A stretch of 64,000 bases of DNA, taken from assembly GCA_964552755.1 (NCBI GenBank), contig CAZKHX010000001.1, positions 18,007 through 82,006 of the forward strand, in the 5' to 3' direction. The notes beneath the pieces are model-generated. The model was not told where the DNA came from. It did no database searches and saw only the letters and a list, made by a program, of their open reading frames with translations. Origin of the DNA: Candidatus Micrarchaeota archaeon (GTDB lineage Archaea; Micrarchaeota; Micrarchaeia; Anstonellales; Bilamarchaeaceae). Below, piece after piece: positions 58,234 to 64,000 of this stretch. Position 1 is the stretch's first letter, and each line of letters opens with the position of its first letter. A program made the position numbers and the translations under genes.

Positions 58234-58689
58234 CTATTCCGAACCATCTCCTGACTTCTGGAACAGCTTCGCAATCTTCCTCTTGATGGTGGTGGGGATG
58301 GGCACGGCCATGTCCACGAACTCCACCACGAGCTCGTCCTTGTTCTCGTCTATCTTGGTGATCTTGCCCTTTTCGCCCTTGAACGGCCCGCTCTTTATCT
58401 CCACGATGTCTCCGATTTCCATCTTCAGGGCAGCGGGCTTCTCGGCCTTTATCATCTTCTCTATTTCGCCGATGGTGATGTTCTTCTTGAGCATGCCCTT
58501 AACGTGGCGGGTGTTGTGCGCAAGCTTCACCGCCGCCTCGTCGCTCTCCGCCTCTATGAAGATGTAGCCCTTCACGTTTTCGGGCACGAGTATCGAGTAA
58601 ATCGGCAGCTTCATCACTTTTGCCTTCTTCTCAAGCATCTGGGAGACGATTTTTTCCTGCCCGGTCGTCACCCTGTAGATGTATATCAA
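58234..58689 (-). CDS. spt5: Transcription elongation factor Spt5 (NusG)
   Basis: TTG start after AGGTGA; VTTGQE, KGYIFIEA, KOW GDIVEIKSGPFKG. Confidence 0.95.
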   Translation of the reverse strand: MIYIYRVTTGQEKIVSQMLEKKAKVMKLPIYSILVPENVKGYIFIEAESDEAAVKLAHNTRHVKGMLKKNITIGEIEKMIKAEKPAALKMEIGDIVEIKSGPFKGEKGKITKIDENKDELVVEFVDMAVPIPTTIKRKIAKLFQKSGDGSE

Positions 58690-58697
58690 CGCATCAC

Positions 58698-58856
58698 CTA
58701 TATCACTGAGAATACCAGGAACATCACAAGCCCCACGAACCCGACGAACAGCATGCCCATGCCCGTGATTTTGATTATCTGGCGGTACTCCTTGCTTGTG
58801 GGCCTGCGGGCAATCTGCAGGAGCCTTATGCATTTCCCGACTATCTCAAACAACAT
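58698..58856 (-). CDS. secE: Protein translocase SecE/Sec61-gamma, 52 aa
   Basis: RLLQIARRPTSKEYRQIIKITGMGMLFVGFVG; conserved ftsZ-secE-spt5 order. Confidence 0.92.
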   Translation of the reverse strand: MLFEIVGKCIRLLQIARRPTSKEYRQIIKITGMGMLFVGFVGLVMFLVFSVI

Positions 58857-58857
58857 C

Positions 58858-59946
58858 TCACCCTATTATGTCCAGGTCTATGCCCTCGAGGCTGCTCGTG
58901 GGCGAGGCGTCCAGGGAGTACTTCGGTATCTTCACTCCCCCAAGCACCACCAGCACCTTTATGGAGGCCTTCTGGAGGTGCGCGTCAAGCCGCGAGCCCC
59001 AGATGATGTGCGCTGACGGGTGTATCCTTTTGCCCGTCTCCGCGACAATCACCTCAGCTTCCTTCAGCGTCATGTCCTCCCCTCCTACAACGTTTATAAG
59101 CGCTCTGTTGGCCGAGGAGATATCCGCATCCAGCAGCGGCGAGTTGAGCGCGGTCTCGATTGCAATCGTGGAGCGGTCCTCGCTCTTCGCATCCACCGAT
59201 GCTTCGCCGATGCCGATTACCGCGTAGCCCGCGCCGCTGAGTATCGTCTTCAGGTCTGCGAAATCAACGTTCACGAGGCCGGACTTTGTAATCAGTTCCG
59301 CAATTCCCTTCACAGAGCCCGCAAGCACTTCGTCGCACACTTTGAACGCGGTGTTGAGCGGAAGGTCCGGCGCAAGCGAAAGCAGCTTGTCGTTCCTGAT
59401 TACTATAAGGGTGTCCGTATGCCTCCTGAGCTTCTCGAGCCCCTGCAGCGCGTTCTCCATGCGAACCCTCCCCTCCGAGGAGAATGGCAGGGTGACCACC
59501 GCAACGCAGAGGGCGCCGCTCTTCTGCACCTCCTCCGCAATGACCGGCGCGGAGCCCGTGCCCGTGCCGCCCCCGAGGCCGCATGTGATGAATACCATGT
59601 TCGCGTCCTTGAGCGACTCGGTCATCTCGCTCATCGCCTCCTTTGCGGCGTTCATGCCCACGTCGGGGTCGCTGCCTGCGCCGCGCCCCTTCGTCAGCTG
59701 CTTTCCAAGGAGTATCTTCTTGTTCGCTTTTATCTTGAGGAGGTGCTTCGCGTCGGTGTTCATGCCCACGAGATTCACGCCCTCAATCCCGAGGTCATAG
59801 AGGCGGTCCAGCGTGTTTGTGCCGCTGCCCCCCGTCCCTACCACGTAAACGCGGGGCTTGCTCTCCTCTATGAATTTCAATAGCTCCTCATCGTCCTTCG
59901 TCTGCGAGGAAGTCAACTCTTTTGCGATTTGCTCTTCTCCTGTCAC
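58858..59946 (-). CDS. ftsZ: Cell division protein FtsZ (start approximate, GTG)
   Basis: GGSGTN, NTDAKHL, GLGGGTGTG, NVDFAD. Confidence 0.97.
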   Translation of the reverse strand: MTGEEQIAKELTSSQTKDDEELLKFIEESKPRVYVVGTGGSGTNTLDRLYDLGIEGVNLVGMNTDAKHLLKIKANKKILLGKQLTKGRGAGSDPDVGMNAAKEAMSEMTESLKDANMVFITCGLGGGTGTGSAPVIAEEVQKSGALCVAVVTLPFSSEGRVRMENALQGLEKLRRHTDTLIVIRNDKLLSLAPDLPLNTAFKVCDEVLAGSVKGIAELITKSGLVNVDFADLKTILSGAGYAVIGIGEASVDAKSEDRSTIAIETALNSPLLDADISSANRALINVVGGEDMTLKEAEVIVAETGKRIHPSAHIIWGSRLDAHLQKASIKVLVVLGGVKIPKYSLDASPTSSLEGIDLDIIG

Positions 59947-60068
59947 ATCATCCCCTCTGAAAGAAATATGCAACAGATGAGTTGTTAAGAAATGCTTATA
60001 AAACCGCTATACCCGTCCGGAATTCCTCAATGCTCAGGTATATAAATCTTTTATGTGTTATAATAAGT

Positions 60069-60911
60069 ATGATTTCACGGAGAGTGAGCCCCACCCACAG
60101 GCTGCCGAAGCATCCGGCCGAGAGCTACCGCCCCCCAAAAGGCAGCTGGAAGATACTGTGCATTGACAAGCCCGTCGTGGAGAGCTACAGGCCGGTCCTC
60201 GCGGACCCGCGCATGGATTCCTCGAAGCTTGAGGCGGACCTCTGGAAATCCGAGCTCGAGCGCAGGAGAATGCTCGCGCAGGCGCCTGGCAGGTTCGAGG
60301 GCAGGCTGCGGAGCATCGCATTCGAGCGGCTGATGGCAGGTGAAGGGAAAGAGGCGTTCCCAAACGCAAAATGCCCCAGGGACATCGCGGAATCCCTCCT
60401 CAGGCACGGGAGCCGCGGGATGCCCGGAGACCTCCTGAAGATGGCGTTCAATGCCGCGACGCTCGGCATGGGCGTTTCCACTTACGAGCACATGCTTGCA
60501 GGGAGCACTACTAATATGATGTGCGACCCGTTCATCCCCGAGATGGTTTCTACGGGCCTGCTTTCCGTTTCGGAAATCGCGGAGCTCAGGGAGATGGTTT
60601 CCCCAATGGGGAGCACGCTGCTCTCCTTCCTTGAGCCCGTGGAAAGCCTCATGCCCGAAGAATCAGGGGAAGGCATACTGGCGATCATGGGCAAATACAC
60701 AGTCCAGTTCTTGGAGAACGGCAGGATGGCAGATTACCCTGTAATTACCGGTCTGGACGTAACTCTGGATTCCTTTGAGGCCGTCAGAGTGCGTTCCCCG
60801 GAAGTGCTCAGCAAAGTGGCCACCCCGCGGGTGAAAATTGACAGGTACCACAACTGCGTGTGGGTTTACGACTTCGACAAGGGCCTGCGCGCCGTGAAGC
60901 TTGAGGAATGA
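60069..60911 (+). CDS. Hypothetical protein
   Basis: Long ORF after TATATAAA; short duplicated ESYRP motif. Confidence 0.65.
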   Translation: MISRRVSPTHRLPKHPAESYRPPKGSWKILCIDKPVVESYRPVLADPRMDSSKLEADLWKSELERRRMLAQAPGRFEGRLRSIAFERLMAGEGKEAFPNAKCPRDIAESLLRHGSRGMPGDLLKMAFNAATLGMGVSTYEHMLAGSTTNMMCDPFIPEMVSTGLLSVSEIAELREMVSPMGSTLLSFLEPVESLMPEESGEGILAIMGKYTVQFLENGRMADYPVITGLDVTLDSFEAVRVRSPEVLSKVATPRVKIDRYHNCVWVYDFDKGLRAVKLEE

Positions 60912-60953
60912 GAGTACTCTTTTTAAGCAGTTCTTTGCCTAATCAGAAACCTA

Positions 60954-61027
60954 GCCCCCGTAGTCTAGCCTGGATAGGATGTGAGCTTGCGGAGCTTGAG
61001 ACCTGGGTTCGAATCCCAGCGGGGGCG
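60954..61027 (+). tRNA. tRNA-Arg(GCG)
   Basis: GCCCCCG/CGGGGGC acceptor, loop TTGCGGA, GTTCGAATC. Confidence 0.93.
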
Positions 61028-61034
61028 TTGTTCT

Positions 61035-61370
61035 TCAAAGCATCCACTCCGGCTTCCGGCCCTTCTTTTTCTTCGCCATCTCTTTGGCGAATTCCGCGCT
61101 GACATCGAACACTTCGCCGCCACCGCTTTTCGGGGGCGCAAATTCGGGCTTTTTCCTTTGGGTAGGCGGAGTCTCTTTGAGGGAAGGCGCCTTCGGATTA
61201 GAAGCCGGCTTCGGTTTTGGCTCAGTCGGCCTTTTGGCCCCCAACGCGCCAGGCCTCTGGCGCCCCTCCTTCTCCACTTCCGCGGCAGGCGGCTCCCGCA
61301 CCTTCACCGGAACAATGCCGCTGAGCGCGCCTCTTTTCGTTTTTTTCTTCACAGCGGACTCTACGGGCAT
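61035..61370 (-). CDS. Hypothetical Pro/Lys-rich protein
   Basis: MPVESAVKKK after GGTGA SD. Confidence 0.5.
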   Translation of the reverse strand: MPVESAVKKKTKRGALSGIVPVKVREPPAAEVEKEGRQRPGALGAKRPTEPKPKPASNPKAPSLKETPPTQRKKPEFAPPKSGGGEVFDVSAEFAKEMAKKKKGRKPEWML

Positions 61371-61476
61371 CTGCTCACCATGCGCATATTCCAGTCGCCT
61401 GCTTAAAGCCCTAAGCGGCAATAATTAAAAAGGGTTCCTCAAAAGAATAGGATAACTCATCTTAGGTGATGTGCTC

Positions 61477-61623
61477 ATGAAAAGATGCATAAGCTGCGGA
61501 AGGCTCACCAAGGACTTTGCGGATTTCCCGTGCCCGGAGTGCACTGAAAAGGTTGTCAGGTGCTTCCACTGCAGGGAGACCAGGGCGCCCTACTCCTGCA
61601 AGTGCGGGTTCGAGGGCCCATAG
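61477..61623 (+). CDS. Zn-ribbon RNA-binding protein (DUF1610/COG2888 type), 48 aa
   Basis: CISCG..FPCPEC..RCFHCR..YSCKCGFEGP; typical position upstream of EF-1beta. Confidence 0.9.
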   Translation: MKRCISCGRLTKDFADFPCPECTEKVVRCFHCRETRAPYSCKCGFEGP

Positions 61624-61632
61624 GTGGTTTGC

Positions 61633-61881
61633 ATGGCAGAGGTTATGGTTACCCTCAAGGTCTTCCCGGAAGACCCCGAAAAGCTGGAAGAGATAAGGCA
61701 GGAAATCTCCAAGATAGTGAGCGTTGACAAGCTTGAGGAGGAAGAGATCGGCTTCGGAGTGAAGGCGCTCCTCGTGCATTTCCGCACTGAAGAGGAAGGC
61801 GGCCTCGACCCGATTGAGGAAAAGATAGCCGCGCTTGACTCGGTTTCGCAGGTGCAGGTCACCCGCGTGGACAGGCTCTAG
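61633..61881 (+). CDS. ef1b: Elongation factor 1-beta
   Basis: LKVFPED, EEIGFGVKAL, EEKI..V. Confidence 0.92.
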   Translation: MAEVMVTLKVFPEDPEKLEEIRQEISKIVSVDKLEEEEIGFGVKALLVHFRTEEEGGLDPIEEKIAALDSVSQVQVTRVDRL

Positions 61882-63446
61882 GCTTTCTTCCTTATTACGA
61901 AAATGTAGATGTACGCCGCCAGCGCAAGCAGGAACAGGAACCCGAAAACATACGCGAGCGTGGGCTGGGAGCGCACAATCACCCTCACTTCCTCATCCGC
62001 ATACCCTGTCTTGCCCACGGTTATTGCCTTGTCCCCCGAGCTGCCAATTGTAATCTCTATTGTCCCGTCACCGGTGAACTCTTTCCCGTCCACAGTTGCC
62101 TTCACATCGCTGAGCGTGTTCCCGTAAGTGTCGGTGGCGCGTATCTCAAATGGCTCGCCCTCCTTTACCTGGCTCGGGTAATATACAATGATGCCTGGCT
62201 TTGCCGCGTCTGAGGCCTTGATGAATGTGAGCTCGGTGTATGGCGCGGACTCGCTGCCCGCGCCGCCCGAAACATAGCATTCCACGGTGTGCACCCCGTA
62301 CGCAAGCGCGGCCGGAGCAACTTTGTATTCCCAGTCCTCCCCGGAAACGTCCTCCCATGGGCCTTCGTTGAGCCTGATGCGCGTTGCCGGCGCGCCGCCG
62401 GAGGAATAGCTCCTGCCGGTGATTGCGAATTCAGCGTCCCCGACAATGGAGTCCTGAGGGGGGTATATGAAGCTGCAGCCCCTCTTCGGGTCTATTGCAT
62501 GCACCTTGGAATCCTCCGTGCCGACGATGATGAGCCCGCTGATGAACGCAGGGGAAAGCGGCCAGTCCGCGAAGCCCCTCTTGATGAGCACGCTGCCGTC
62601 ACCCGGGCTTATGCCATAGAGCGCACTGCGCGTGGAGGCAATCAGCAGCGGGCTGCCATCAATGGTCTTTACCATCTTTTCGCCCACCATGCCGTCGAGC
62701 TGGGATGCCCATGCGACCTCGTCGTCCGAAGTCGCATACAGCATCCCCCCTGCTGTGCCGAAAACGATGTATGCGCCGTAGTCAGTCGGGGTGGTGGTTA
62801 TCTGCTCGCCAACTGCGAGCACCCACCTCTCTTCCCCGGTATATATCCTGTAGGAGTGCAAGTTTCCGTCACCTGTGCCCACATAGATGTTGCCTGCGTT
62901 CACGAAGGGCGCGGTGTTCCATGCCTCCCCGACTTCTGCCTCCCAGAAGAGCTCGCCCGTGCTGCGCAGGCACACGAGCTTCTCCCCTGCGGAAAATACT
63001 ATGTATGACTCCGAAGTCGCAGGTTCGTTCGCCGCCTCTTCGGTATTATAAATCCACGCAATTGTGCCGTCCGTGTTAAGCGCATGCACCCCTGTTTCGG
63101 AGGCGACGTAAACCTTGTCCGAGGCAGCCACCCCGCGCACGCTTACCACCGGCGCGCTCCAGGTGATGCCGCCCGCGGAATTCACCGCATAAACCCTATT
63201 CTCCGTTGGAATTATTGCGGCTTCCCCAAAAAGCGCAGCATCGCCCACAACGGGCGCCTCAAGCTGCTGCGTCCACACAATCTGCCCGTCCGCAATCCCG
63301 TGCAGCGCCCCCTTGTCCGTGCCTGCTATAATGCGGCCGCCAAGCTCCACCGGCTTGCCCACCGGGGCGCCGTCCGTGTTCACGTCCCACACTTCGCCCG
63401 CAAAGGAAAGCGAAACCAGCAGGAGCATCAGCACGGCGCGCTTCAT
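61878..63446 (-). CDS. PQQ-like beta-propeller surface protein with Ig-like domains and C-terminal TM
   Basis: Signal peptide; repeated GT..G.L.A..G...W blades; C-terminal hydrophobic helix plus RKKA. Confidence 0.85.
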   Translation of the reverse strand: MKRAVLMLLLVSLSFAGEVWDVNTDGAPVGKPVELGGRIIAGTDKGALHGIADGQIVWTQQLEAPVVGDAALFGEAAIIPTENRVYAVNSAGGITWSAPVVSVRGVAASDKVYVASETGVHALNTDGTIAWIYNTEEAANEPATSESYIVFSAGEKLVCLRSTGELFWEAEVGEAWNTAPFVNAGNIYVGTGDGNLHSYRIYTGEERWVLAVGEQITTTPTDYGAYIVFGTAGGMLYATSDDEVAWASQLDGMVGEKMVKTIDGSPLLIASTRSALYGISPGDGSVLIKRGFADWPLSPAFISGLIIVGTEDSKVHAIDPKRGCSFIYPPQDSIVGDAEFAITGRSYSSGGAPATRIRLNEGPWEDVSGEDWEYKVAPAALAYGVHTVECYVSGGAGSESAPYTELTFIKASDAAKPGIIVYYPSQVKEGEPFEIRATDTYGNTLSDVKATVDGKEFTGDGTIEITIGSSGDKAITVGKTGYADEEVRVIVRSQPTLAYVFGFLFLLALAAYIYIFVIRKKA

Positions 63447-63447
63447 G

Positions 63448-63924
63448 TCATTTCCCCGCAAGGACCGAGTCGTGCTTCCCCTCGTTGACTTCCCATATGA
63501 ATTTCCGCGCGCCCACTCCGCCTATGGTAATGCCGAGGGACTTGCAGGTGCCTGCCACTTCTTTCAGCACATCTTTCGTGCTCTTGCCGAGTGCCGAGCT
63601 CTTCTTGCCGACCGCAATCTTCACGAGCTCCTCAACGGAAATGTCTCCGACCGTTTCCTTTGTGCCGGTGCCCTTGTCCACGCCCGCCGCCTTTTTTATC
63701 ATCTCGGATGCAGGAGGGCTGCCGACCTCGACCTCAAAGGACTTGTCTTCGGTCTCCACAATGACCTTCACCGGGACCTTCATCCCCTTGAAATTCTTGG
63801 TAAGCTCATTGATTTTCGCAATCACCTGGCCTGCGTTCACGCCCATGGGGCCGAGCGCCGGGCCAAGGGGCGGCCCTGCTGATGCCGCTCCGCCTTCAAC
63901 GATAGCACTTATTGTTTTCTTCAT
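63448..63924 (-). CDS. rpl11: 50S ribosomal protein L11
   Basis: GGAASAGPPLGPALGP, GMKVPV, PPAS, GTCKSLG. Confidence 0.96.
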   Translation of the reverse strand: MKKTISAIVEGGAASAGPPLGPALGPMGVNAGQVIAKINELTKNFKGMKVPVKVIVETEDKSFEVEVGSPPASEMIKKAAGVDKGTGTKETVGDISVEELVKIAVGKKSSALGKSTKDVLKEVAGTCKSLGITIGGVGARKFIWEVNEGKHDSVLAGK

Positions 63925-64000
63925 TCTATCCACCAATGGGACAATATGATTGGGGTTTTGTTTTTTAAACAGTTTCTATGCCTTCGCAACCCATTCCGCC

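Noticed and set aside
1-64000. CRISPR array or IS transposase
   Set aside because: No regularly spaced repeats, cas genes or transposase motifs seen by eye.

Overview
Archaeal chromosomal window. It is GC-rich, with BRE/TATA promoters, FtsZ-SecE-Spt5, Rpl11, EF-1beta, pelota, archease, RpoK and intron-containing tRNAs. Gene content suggests a DPANN lineage such as Micrarchaeota (inference). In order it holds: three tandem PEP-utilising 'swivel-His' proteins with a deviant transcarbamylase; a stand-alone 23S rRNA gene with a 689-nt group I intron encoding a LAGLIDADG endonuclease; a gingipain-like protease; a ~20-kb divergent membrane-machine locus; translation, repair and purine genes; five tRNAs (two with introns); two Lys-rich micro-ORFs; a tetrahydrofolate C1 cluster; and several orphans. 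The best candidate for an undescribed system is 15194-35464. One arm has six tandem, translationally coupled paralogous polytopic membrane proteins (CedA/VirB6-like motifs), a 1385-aa Cys-rich lipoprotein, a ~1340-aa membrane-anchored protein and PadR. The divergent arm ends in a membrane-tethered double-AAA (Cdc48-like) ATPase. All calls were made by eye from motifs; no searches were run.
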